Below are positions 29,296 to 38,532 of a DNA stretch of 64,000 nucleotides, one piece after another. The stretch spans positions 45-64,044 of the forward strand of contig JAOIUG010000007.1 of the NCBI GenBank assembly GCA_028223395.1, given 5' to 3'. The notes below the pieces were generated by a model. That model was not told the origin of the DNA. It saw nothing but the letters and a program-made list of their open reading frames with translations, and ran no database searches. The position numbers and the translations under genes are program-made. This stretch comes from Shewanella sp. GTDB taxonomy: Bacteria; Pseudomonadota; Gammaproteobacteria; Enterobacterales; Shewanellaceae. The stretch's first letter is position 1. The number at the start of each line of letters is the position of its first letter.

Positions 29296-29909
29296 TGTCG
29301 TTTTGTAATTTCATTAATTTATATTTATACTACAGGTAAAACAGCAATAATTCAATGCGTTACGTCGTAATGTTGAGCTCTACTAACATGCGATTTATTT
29401 GTCCTAAAAATCACATTTAAAAATTTATTACAGTTATTTATAGAACTCCAAGTAAAAGCACTTTAGTCATTCTGGCTAGAGATTAAATCAAGGGACAAAA
29501 AACAGGTTTACAGGATGTTTGTTGCTTTTGAAGCTTAAGAAAGAAGCTTTGTTATGGTAGATGTTACTGCAATTAAAGCATGAATTTAAAACATTAGACA
29601 TTACTTCTAGCCGCCTAATTAAACCGCTTATGCTTTTTGTACCCTCCATTGATAAAGTCTTGTAAAAATCGCTTGTCCTGCGAACCACAGCCCCTTAATT
29701 TTAGTGGTAAGCTCACCATCATAGTAACTCGGTAAGCATTCACCAGTTTGTTCATCAACGTTAAGCTCATAATGCAATTTGATAGGTCTATCTTTTAGGT
29801 TAATTGAAACAAAGCATATAGCCAGCTATTACTAATCAGTAACATAGCAACATTCCTGTGGGCAGGCAATGATGAGCCTTACTTAAAGCGGGAACTTGAG
29901 AAACACTAG

Positions 29910-30196
29910 GGCTGTTGATCTTTCACGGTTATTTTTTCCGCAGTTTATTGGCTCTTTTGGCAAGGTGGAAGCTATGCCGTTTCGTTATTCTCCACAAGTA
30001 GTCTACAACACAGTCAAAATAGCCAAGAAACGCGGCCCTTTGGGTTCGTTTCAATTCTTTTATTATTTTATTCTTTTATTCTTTTATGACCAGAGTGCGT
30101 GACGCACTTTTCACTTAGCCAGCCAAGCTCACCCATTAGCCTTGCACTAAAACAATTGAATTCGAACAAAAACTAAGCTCCAAAGTTCAACAGCCC
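29910..30196. mobile_element. MITE-like repeat, copy 2 (complete, ~290 bp)
   Basis: Terminal inverted repeats GGCTGTTGATCTTT / AAAGTTCAACAGCC, flanked by CTAG (29906-29909 and 30197-30200); no transposase; second copy at 8638-8880. Confidence 0.88.
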
Positions 30197-30235
30197 CTAG
30201 CGTTTTGTCGCTTGTTAAGCTTATTTAATCCGATT

Positions 30236-30258
30236 AAAAAGGGCTGCCATTGCAGCCC
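30236..30258 (-). terminator. Intrinsic terminator after cstA
   Basis: GGGCTGC-AATG-GCAGCCC-TTTTT on the minus strand. Confidence 0.75.
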
Positions 30259-30278
30259 ACTGTCACCGGTAGCGTAGT

Positions 30279-31748
30279 TTACTGAGCGAGACTCACTTTG
30301 CGCTTTTGATGCGTAATAATGAGGGCAATAAGGCATACGACTGCAACGACGATGCCTGCAGGCTGTGCAAATGATTGTGGTAACCCTAAGCCTATCCCTG
30401 CGGTCATAATGTACGAAACAGTCACGCTTGTTCCTACTATGGCTGGCAAACTGACAATCCAATGGCAAGTGCCTCTGTCCCATAGGTATTTGGTGGCTAA
30501 CCAAAGCACGCTGGTTGAGAGCAACATATTGGAGAAGGCAAAGTAACGCCAAATCAATGAGAAATCGATTTTTGTCATAAAGTAGGCAATAACTAGAATT
30601 GGAATGGCTAACAATAAACGGTTACGCATACTTTGGGGGATCTTAAAGGCGTCAGTAATCGTCAGCCTCAGTGAGCGAAATGCAGTATCTCCAGAGGTGA
30701 TAGGGAAAATAGCCACAGCGATAATGGCCATGATACCGCCTGCTACGCCTAAATAAGTCGAGGCAACTTGATTAACCACTAAGCCCGGCCCACCTGCATC
30801 CAGCACGCTTTTTAACTCAATATAACCACCAGGGAAAGCCGCTATGCCTGCCATCGCCCACACACATGCGACTAATCCTTCAGACATCATTGCGCCGTAG
30901 TACACTGGGCGAACATACTTTTCGTTGGTTAAACAACGGGCCATAATCGGGGCTTGGGTTGAATGAAAACCACTAATCGCACCGCAAGTAATAGTGACAA
31001 ATAATAGCGGCCAAACAGGCAATCCATCCGGATTAGGCTTGAGTAAATCGTTGTTATAGTGACTGTGCTCAAAGTAAGCAAATACATCGCCCATTTCAGG
31101 AAGGTGCGGCGCATGCATAATAAGCGCGACGGCAATTGATAATGTCATAACAATCATCAACGCGCCAAACAGTGGATAAAGTTTGGTAATAATTTTGTCT
31201 ATCGGTAGCAGCGTTGCTAAAAAGTAATAACCAAGGATGGCTAACACCCAAAAAGTGTTGTTAGCAAAAATAGTCCCTTCAAAGTAATCCAGATGGCTTA
31301 ATAAGCCCGCTGGACTCATGATAAACACCACACCCACAAAGAACAGTAGCATCGCGGTAAAAATGAGCATCACGCCTTTAAAGTACACATTAAAATAGTG
31401 TCCGGCGATTTCAGGTAAGCTTTTGCCGTCTTCTTTAATACTCAACACCCCTGAAAAATAGTCGTGCACTGCGCCGCCGATGATGTTGCCTAACACAATC
31501 CAAACAAGCGCGATGGGGCCGTACAATGCGCCCAAAATAGGCCCAAAAATAGGGCCGACGCCAGCGATATTAAGAAATTGAATTAAAAATGCTTTTACAG
31601 GATGAACTTTGACATAATCGACGCCATCATCAAAACGTGTCTGTGGGGTTTTGACGTTAGGATCAATCCCTGCTTGGCGCTCCACAAACGGGCTATAAAA
31701 CTTGTAGGCAAGCAATAGTAATCCAATACAGATAAAGAAAATAAACAT
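30279..31748 (-). CDS. cstA: Carbon starvation protein A family transporter
   Basis: DGVDY, NIAGVGPIFGP, GAVHDY, ITCGAISGFHSTQ and ITSGDTAFR. Confidence 0.88.
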   Translation of the reverse strand: MFIFFICIGLLLLAYKFYSPFVERQAGIDPNVKTPQTRFDDGVDYVKVHPVKAFLIQFLNIAGVGPIFGPILGALYGPIALVWIVLGNIIGGAVHDYFSGVLSIKEDGKSLPEIAGHYFNVYFKGVMLIFTAMLLFFVGVVFIMSPAGLLSHLDYFEGTIFANNTFWVLAILGYYFLATLLPIDKIITKLYPLFGALMIVMTLSIAVALIMHAPHLPEMGDVFAYFEHSHYNNDLLKPNPDGLPVWPLLFVTITCGAISGFHSTQAPIMARCLTNEKYVRPVYYGAMMSEGLVACVWAMAGIAAFPGGYIELKSVLDAGGPGLVVNQVASTYLGVAGGIMAIIAVAIFPITSGDTAFRSLRLTITDAFKIPQSMRNRLLLAIPILVIAYFMTKIDFSLIWRYFAFSNMLLSTSVLWLATKYLWDRGTCHWIVSLPAIVGTSVTVSYIMTAGIGLGLPQSFAQPAGIVVAVVCLIALIITHQKRKVSLAQ

Positions 31749-31978
31749 AGGGTATTTATCCTTAATTAATAGACGGTATTATTATCACCTTAGTGTCAAT
31801 CACATCCCACAGTGGGTCAAGCTGCAAAGTATTATACCAAGGTCGGGGTCGCATTTTGGATCCACTTAGGTATGGGCAACGTCACAAAGTCAGGCCTATT
31901 TGTTACCGCTAGCGTTTATCTGCGGGTAAAAATAGGCTAGATTGGACGTCACCTTCTGCATTTAGAGTCTGTTAACTG

Positions 31979-32389
31979 ATGAAACAAAAGAGCGTATTAG
32001 TGAAAAGCTACTTTACTAAAACTCCCACCGATAAACGTGAGCAGATCTGGCAAGCAAGCCCGAACACAGGCGATTGGGAATACTCAAACTGTAAAATCGA
32101 TACTGAAAAATTAGCCCACGATCTGCAAGCGGCCATCACCACACTCAATTTACAAGGTTTTAAAGTGGTGCAAGTGTTGCCCATTACTTCTGGTGATTAT
32201 CATTTTAGCGATCATGTTAGCGATCCGCATTTGTTAGGCAGTGGTGTGACAACCGAAGGCGGTTATGGTTATGGATTTTCTTACACCGACAGTTTAATCA
32301 TTTTGGCTGAATCCACCGCTGCTGAGTGCCCATCAGCAGACGTTCAAGATCCCATTACCAGCACTGATGATGTGATAATTGTTGATTAA
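31979..32389 (+). CDS. Hypothetical protein (weak DUF4177-like pattern)
   Basis: 136-aa ORF with host-like composition; LNLQGFKVVQVLPI and GGYGYGFSYT segments. Confidence 0.6.
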   Translation: MKQKSVLVKSYFTKTPTDKREQIWQASPNTGDWEYSNCKIDTEKLAHDLQAAITTLNLQGFKVVQVLPITSGDYHFSDHVSDPHLLGSGVTTEGGYGYGFSYTDSLIILAESTAAECPSADVQDPITSTDDVIIVD

Positions 32390-32465
32390 AGTACCTGCGG
32401 GTGGGCATTGCTGCATTAACCCGTTAGTATGCCTTTTTAAAGCAACTTGTTAATCTGGAACTTGT

Positions 32466-32939
32466 GTGAAAAAAATGGCTCTTTTTGTGGATGTTCAAAA
32501 CATCTACTACACCTGTCGACAAGCTTATGGTCGCCAGTTTAACTACCGAAAACTCTGGCAGCATTTAGTTCATGAGGGGGAGATCACCCAGGCTAATGCT
32601 TATGCTATTCACCGCGGTGATGATGGTCAGTTAAAATTTCAAGATGCACTAAAGCACATTGGATTTGAAGTCAAACTCAAGCCTTTTATTCAACGCAGCG
32701 ATGGCTCAGCTAAAGGCGATTGGGACGTTGGGATCACCATTGACATCATGGAAGCGGCCAGCGAAGTCGATTGCATTGTACTGTTATCCGGTGACGGCGA
32801 CTTTGATCAACTCATGCTCAAGGTATACCAAAAGTATGGCGTTGAAACACAAGTTTATGGCGTGCCGGGCTTAACCGCTAAATCACTCATTGATGCTAGC
32901 AGCCAGTACCATGAAATCGATGCGCATTTATTACTCTAA
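32466..32939 (+). CDS. NYN domain protein (LabA/DUF88, PIN-like fold)
   Basis: ALFVDVQN, KGDWDVGITID and LLSGDGDF acidic catalytic motifs. Confidence 0.9.
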   Translation: MKKMALFVDVQNIYYTCRQAYGRQFNYRKLWQHLVHEGEITQANAYAIHRGDDGQLKFQDALKHIGFEVKLKPFIQRSDGSAKGDWDVGITIDIMEAASEVDCIVLLSGDGDFDQLMLKVYQKYGVETQVYGVPGLTAKSLIDASSQYHEIDAHLLL

Positions 32940-33000
32940 GCATCATGTGCGTTAAGCATCAGTCGGCAAAATCACTTACTGAGTCTTAAATGCTTAACCG

Positions 33001-34737
33001 CTAAATAGTACCGTGCTGCTGGCAGTATAGCGCCTTAACATAGTGACCCGCTTGCGTTGCCCAATCTACACGTTGTTGCTTGGCTTGCTTTACCATCGTA
33101 TGCCAATGCGCACTGCCATAAAGCGCGATGGCGGCCTCAAAGGTCGCGATTAGCGCCTGTGCTTGCGCTTGCACGTTTTCGCCTTCAAACACAAACCCAT
33201 TTTCCATGTGTGTCACCGTATCTTTAAGGCCGCCAATACGATTGACTAAACATAACTGCCCCGCTCGCATCGCCAACATTTGACTAATACCACAAGGTTC
33301 AAATGAACTTGGCATTAAAAACAGCGAGCCTTGTTGATAAAGTGCTGATGATAATGGCTCATCATAGCCCTCCAAAAAGACAAAGTTACTCTGTTGAGCC
33401 CCAACATCGGCAAATTCGCGCGAGATCTGTTGATCACCACTGCCTAACATCAAGAACTTACCGTTAGGCACTAACGCTGCCAAGCCCTCAAGCAGCACTT
33501 GTAAAACCGTTTTGCCTCTGTTGCAGCGCTCGGGAGCGTTTGCCGGAAAACGGTAGCGTAAAATCATCATTTTTTGATCGGTTAAACGTCCCACTGACGT
33601 CATGAGCAATGAAGCTTCTTTTTGTTGCTGCCACTGTTGCAATCGCGCGTGGGCCACAAAATGTTGACTGCTAAGCTGCTCTTTGCCGACTTGCCAACCT
33701 AGTATTGCGCTTTGAGCTTGTTGTAATAGCGCTTTCCAGCCACTTTGGGGCGTATTTCCTGCCGGCTCGACGCTATTTAACTCACTGTTCAACTCGCCGT
33801 TATTAGCGTACATGCAACCATTTAAAATGCCCACTAACTGTTGTTTATTGAGCCGCTCACGTAAGTCATGTTCAAGCCCTTCTCCACCAAAAAAGCCCCG
33901 CGCGAGATCAGACGGTTGCAGTATTTCTTTTGCATAACTTGGCGACACCACATGCACAATATCGGACAGCACGATACCTGCTCGTAACGGATTAACGCAA
34001 TGAGGATAACGAGGGTCGATAATGGCCGCGAGCTGTGTTGAGCTTAACTGAGAGAATAACCGTGGAAACCAGGCTGATAACGACGATAAATCACCACTTA
34101 ACGGCCTGATCCCTTGCATCGCTAAATTATGAATACTCAACACGCAGCGTAAGTTTTTTAACGCCTTAAAACGCGGCTCAAACGCCCGTAACAATGCAAA
34201 AAAACCACAATGCCAATCATGTAAATGCACAATATCAGGTGCGGGAGTGATCACCGGCTGGCTTGCATTGCCGGGGCGGCTGTTTGTGTTCGTCAGCCCC
34301 ATTGCTAGCGCTGTCGCGACCGCTAAGTTAAACAAAGCAAATTTACTGGCATCAACTGCAAATGGCCGTGATGGCTCACCTTGAGAGTAAATAGCGGTGC
34401 GGCCATTGAGTAAAGGGTGAGAAAAAAGATAGCAGTTACTGTCCTTCAGATCTGGATGTTTCGCTTTATGCACCGTCACCTTTTCTTCTCGCCCTGCAAA
34501 GTTAACGCTTAACTCACATAGCCAATGAGCACCCGCTACAGGCACTAAAAAACCATAGCAAGGCATGGCAATATCCACCGCGATCTGATGCGTTGCGAGG
34601 GCTAAAGGTAAGTCACGGATCACATCTGCCATACCGCCGACTTTGGCACCTGCAAGCGCGCCGTTTTCTGCCGCCAGCATTAATACTCTTGGCTTAGTTT
34701 GCTTGCCCGTCGTTAGGGTTTGCGCTTTATTGTCCAT
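33001..34737 (-). CDS. glgA: Glycogen synthase
   Basis: KVGGMADV, HLHDWH, IHNL, GRLTDQK and PSSFEPCGISQM; last gene of the glg cluster. Confidence 0.92.
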   Translation of the reverse strand: MDNKAQTLTTGKQTKPRVLMLAAENGALAGAKVGGMADVIRDLPLALATHQIAVDIAMPCYGFLVPVAGAHWLCELSVNFAGREEKVTVHKAKHPDLKDSNCYLFSHPLLNGRTAIYSQGEPSRPFAVDASKFALFNLAVATALAMGLTNTNSRPGNASQPVITPAPDIVHLHDWHCGFFALLRAFEPRFKALKNLRCVLSIHNLAMQGIRPLSGDLSSLSAWFPRLFSQLSSTQLAAIIDPRYPHCVNPLRAGIVLSDIVHVVSPSYAKEILQPSDLARGFFGGEGLEHDLRERLNKQQLVGILNGCMYANNGELNSELNSVEPAGNTPQSGWKALLQQAQSAILGWQVGKEQLSSQHFVAHARLQQWQQQKEASLLMTSVGRLTDQKMMILRYRFPANAPERCNRGKTVLQVLLEGLAALVPNGKFLMLGSGDQQISREFADVGAQQSNFVFLEGYDEPLSSALYQQGSLFLMPSSFEPCGISQMLAMRAGQLCLVNRIGGLKDTVTHMENGFVFEGENVQAQAQALIATFEAAIALYGSAHWHTMVKQAKQQRVDWATQAGHYVKALYCQQHGTI

Positions 34738-34740
34738 GTT

Positions 34741-36006
34741 CTACTCATACCCCACAGGTAAACCCAGCATGTCACGCGTGACTAATACCACGCCTTTATC
34801 TGACACCCTAAAACCTTTTGCGCGATCTTGCTCATGGTTATGACCGATGACACTGCCTTGAGGAATAATGCAGCCACGATCAATAATGGCATTTTTAATC
34901 TGACAGTTTCGCAATACCACAACGTCAGGCAAAATGACCGTGTCCTCAACGGTTGAATAAGAGCACACTCTGACCTCGTTAAATAACACACTGCGGCGCA
35001 CTGTGGCGCCAGAGATAATACATCCGCCTGAAATAATCGAGTCTAATGCCATGCCGCGCCTATCGTCGTCATCAAACACAAATTTAGCTGGCGGCAGCTG
35101 CTCTTGATATGTCCAGATTGGCCATTTAGCATCATATAAATTCAGCGCTGGCGTGGGCGATAATAACTCCATGTTTGACTGCCAAAAAGAATCCAGTGTC
35201 CCCACATCACGCCAGTACGCCTCTTCATTAGGAAAGTCGCTTCTAAAGCGATGTGCATACACTTCATGCTCTTCTATGATGGCGGGAATAATGTCTTTGC
35301 CAAAGTCGCGATCGGAGTGTTCATTTTGCGCATCACGCTTTAATTGCTCAAACAAAAACTCGGTATTGAACACATAGTTTCCCATTGAGGCTAAGCATTT
35401 TTCTGGATTTTCAGGCAAGTGCTTAGGCGACGCTGGCTTTTCTTCAAAGCCCAAGATTTTTCCGCTGTCGTCCACTTCAACCACGCCAAAGGCGCCAGCG
35501 GCTTCCGCGCTCGGCACTTCGAGGCAAGAGACCGTCATGTCTGCGCCTGACTCTGCATGGGTGGCAAGTAGGCCGGCATAATCCATACGATAAACATGAT
35601 CGCCAGATAAAATCATCACGTACTTAGGTAACTCATGGCGAATAATATCGATATTTTGAAACACCGCATCAGCAGTACCTTGATACCAGTTTTCTGAATA
35701 ACGCTGCGAGGCCGGTAAAATCTCCACTGACTCCCCCAACTCTTTTTTAAAGTGCCCCCAGCCTCGCATCACATGCCTAATGAGCGAGTGAGATTTATAT
35801 TGCGTCACCACTCCAATACGGCGGATCCCGGAGTTAATGCAGTTGGATAAAGGAAAGTCGATGATCCTAAATTTACCGCCAAAATAAAGAGAAGGCTTAG
35901 CGCGCCAGTCGGTCAGTTCATGCAAACGTGAGCCCCGTCCACCCGCTAAAATTATCGCGTAAGTATCACGAGTTAAATTACTAATGTAACGTGGGTTATT
36001 GCTCAT
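34741..36006 (-). CDS. glgC: Glucose-1-phosphate adenylyltransferase
   Basis: [28 protein letters not shown] and YWRDVGT. Confidence 0.97.
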   Translation of the reverse strand: MSNNPRYISNLTRDTYAIILAGGRGSRLHELTDWRAKPSLYFGGKFRIIDFPLSNCINSGIRRIGVVTQYKSHSLIRHVMRGWGHFKKELGESVEILPASQRYSENWYQGTADAVFQNIDIIRHELPKYVMILSGDHVYRMDYAGLLATHAESGADMTVSCLEVPSAEAAGAFGVVEVDDSGKILGFEEKPASPKHLPENPEKCLASMGNYVFNTEFLFEQLKRDAQNEHSDRDFGKDIIPAIIEEHEVYAHRFRSDFPNEEAYWRDVGTLDSFWQSNMELLSPTPALNLYDAKWPIWTYQEQLPPAKFVFDDDDRRGMALDSIISGGCIISGATVRRSVLFNEVRVCSYSTVEDTVILPDVVVLRNCQIKNAIIDRGCIIPQGSVIGHNHEQDRAKGFRVSDKGVVLVTRDMLGLPVGYE

Positions 36007-36060
36007 ATAAGTGCTCTCCTTGAGCGGGCCGTAATAGGGGAATATTGACTGATATATACA

Positions 36061-38532
36061 TTAGGCTTTCCAAATTTCGTCGCGGTAACCCGCTATGGTG
36101 ACATCACTGGAAAAACGCCCGCTGGCGGCGGTGTTTCTGATGCTCATTTGAGTCCAGCGTGTTGGATTTTGATAAGCTGTAGCCGCGTCAGCCTGAGCTT
36201 GGCGATAAGATTCAAAGTCAGCAGCAATCATCCAAGGATCATGCGGGCTTTTGATGCTATTGATGATGTCGTCAAAGATCCCCGGCTCTTGTAAGTTAAA
36301 GTGGCCGCTTTCAAGTAATTGCATCACCGCTGACAAGGCGCTTGGCGCTGCCATATACGATGCGGGCTGATAGTGTTGTTTCAGCGCCGTCACTTCATCA
36401 GCATTGAGGCCAAATAAAAAGAAGTTGTCTGGGCCTACTTCTTCTAACATCTCGACATTCGCTCCATCTAATGTGCCAATGGTTAACGCGCCATTCATCA
36501 TGAACTTCATGTTGCCGGTGCCTGATGCTTCTTTACCCGCGGTCGATATTTGCTCAGACAAATCGGTCGCGGGGCAAATTTTCTCCATTGCACTGACATT
36601 GTAATTGGGTAGAAAAGCAAACCTTAAATAAGGTGCGACAACTTTATCGGCATTCACTCGGTGTGCCACATTATTGGCCAGTTTTATCAATAGCTTTGCC
36701 ATGGCATAACCCGGTGCGGCTTTACCACCAATCAATACACAACGTGGCACTAAACCTTCGGTGTGACCGAGACGGATCTGTTGGTAAAGATGGATCACAT
36801 GCAAGATATTAAGCAGTTGACGTTTGTACTCATGGATCCGCTTAACCTGTACGTCAAACATCATATTGACGTCAAAATCAACGCCACATTCGTGGGCGAT
36901 CAGTTGCCGCAATTGCATTTTATTTGCCTGTTTCACCGCCGCCCATTCATTAAGCAAGCCAGCATCATCAGTTAATGCATTTAACCTATTAAGCTCAGTG
37001 AGATCCCTGATCCATTGATCGCCCAAACGCTGGCTAAGCAAAGCAGCTAACTTAGGGTTGCATTGAGCCAGCCAGCGTCTTGGTGTCACGCCATTAGTGC
37101 GGTTATTAAACTTGTGTGGCCAAAGTTGATAGAAGTGACTAAATAACCCAGAGCTCAGCAATTGAGTGTGCAGTCTTGCCACACCATTGACCGAAAAGCT
37201 GGCAACAATGGCCAAATATGCCATGCGCACATGTGGCTCAGCGCCCTCTTCTATGATTGACATCTGCGCTTGTTTATCAGGATCGCCTGGCCATTGGTGG
37301 GCTACATCCTCAAGGTAACGGGCGTTGATCTCAAAGATGATCTCCATAATACGTGGCAACATGTGTTGAATCGTTCTTACAGGCCAACGCTCTAACGCTT
37401 CAGGTAATAAGGTGTGATTGGTGTACGCCATCGTTTGGCTAACCACCTGCCACGCATCATCCCACTCCAAAAAGTAGTCATCCACCAGCAAGCGCATTAA
37501 TTCTGGGATAGCTATCGCCGGATGGGTGTCATTTAACTGCATCACGTTGAACTTGGCAAAATCACTAAAATCTTGACCGTGCTGATCAATCCAACGATTA
37601 AGTAAATCTTGTAAGCTCGCTGAAGACAAAAAATACTGTTGCCGCAAACGTAATTCTTTTCCGTTTTCGCTGGCATCATTAGGGTAAAGTACCATCGTGA
37701 TCTGCTCGGCCATGTTTTTACACGCTACCGCTTCGCTGTAATCACCTTGGTTAAATTCAGTTAAATTAAAGTCATCTGTAGCTTCTGCCTTCCATAACCT
37801 TAACGTATTAATACGGCCATTTTGATAGCCAGGTACTGGCATATCATATGCGGCGGCAAGCACATCTTGGGTGTCTATCCAGGTGATGTGCTTGCGTCCA
37901 TCGCGGTCAACATAGTGATCAGTGCGGCCAAAAAATGGCACTTTAACATTATGTTTGACGGCTCTGACTTCCCACGGATTCCCCTCTTTTAGCCAGCGGT
38001 CGGGCCGCTCAACTTGAAAACCATTGACCAGTTTTTGGGCAAACATGCCGTATTCATAACGAATACCATAGCCGGTCACCGCCAGATCCATACTGGCACA
38101 ACTGTCTAGAAAACATGCCGCTAAGCGCCCTAAACCGCCATTGCCTAAGCCGGCATCATGCTCTTGTTGCTCAAGCTCTTCTAACGTGACGGCGTAACGG
38201 TGCAGCACTTCGCGAGTGGTCTGCTCAATATCAAGATTAAGTAATGCATTGCCGAGTGTGCGTCCCATCAAGAACTCAAGCGATAAATACGCCACTTGTT
38301 TACGGTTTTGGCGCGCATCATTGACGCGGGTTTCACGCCAATGTGCGAGCATATTTTCCTTAACGGTGGTGGCCAAAGCTTGAAACAGCTCTTGCCTGTC
38401 CAGCGGATCTTGGCCTAAACCATGGCTAACATGGCGCGCCATCACCAACGAAAATGCATCACAAGGCTCACAGGTATGTTTGGCTATCGCCTTGGTCAGT
38501 TTGGTCTTAGTGGGCTTGACTGGTGTGGTCAT
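36061..38532 (-). CDS. glgP: Glycogen/maltodextrin phosphorylase
   Basis: GNGGLGRLAACFLDS, NDTHP, KRIHEYKRQ and EASGTGNMKF (PLP lysine). Confidence 0.95.
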   Translation of the reverse strand: MTTPVKPTKTKLTKAIAKHTCEPCDAFSLVMARHVSHGLGQDPLDRQELFQALATTVKENMLAHWRETRVNDARQNRKQVAYLSLEFLMGRTLGNALLNLDIEQTTREVLHRYAVTLEELEQQEHDAGLGNGGLGRLAACFLDSCASMDLAVTGYGIRYEYGMFAQKLVNGFQVERPDRWLKEGNPWEVRAVKHNVKVPFFGRTDHYVDRDGRKHITWIDTQDVLAAAYDMPVPGYQNGRINTLRLWKAEATDDFNLTEFNQGDYSEAVACKNMAEQITMVLYPNDASENGKELRLRQQYFLSSASLQDLLNRWIDQHGQDFSDFAKFNVMQLNDTHPAIAIPELMRLLVDDYFLEWDDAWQVVSQTMAYTNHTLLPEALERWPVRTIQHMLPRIMEIIFEINARYLEDVAHQWPGDPDKQAQMSIIEEGAEPHVRMAYLAIVASFSVNGVARLHTQLLSSGLFSHFYQLWPHKFNNRTNGVTPRRWLAQCNPKLAALLSQRLGDQWIRDLTELNRLNALTDDAGLLNEWAAVKQANKMQLRQLIAHECGVDFDVNMMFDVQVKRIHEYKRQLLNILHVIHLYQQIRLGHTEGLVPRCVLIGGKAAPGYAMAKLLIKLANNVAHRVNADKVVAPYLRFAFLPNYNVSAMEKICPATDLSEQISTAGKEASGTGNMKFMMNGALTIGTLDGANVEMLEEVGPDNFFLFGLNADEVTALKQHYQPASYMAAPSALSAVMQLLESGHFNLQEPGIFDDIINSIKSPHDPWMIAADFESYRQAQADAATAYQNPTRWTQMSIRNTAASGRFSSDVTIAGYRDEIWKA

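Larger units (their letters stand above)
24135..29905. mobile_element. AT-rich genomic islet at the tRNA-Ile2 3' end (no integrase, no attR seen)
   Basis: Abrupt shift to AT-rich sequence after the tRNA terminator; defence-like cargo and an integron cassette; host-like composition resumes at the MITE/cstA. Boundaries approximate. Confidence 0.7.

Noticed and set aside
25144-29390. STAND gene as an integron cassette (GTTAGTA lies ~90 bp upstream)
   Set aside because: No complementary R'' (TACTAAC) or attC hairpin after its stop codon
29896-30102. 68-aa ORF
   Set aside because: Lies almost wholly within the MITE and crosses its slipped repeat; no transposase motifs
24091-30278. Intact prophage or integrative element
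   Set aside because: No integrase, phage genes or duplicated tRNA 3' end found by eye
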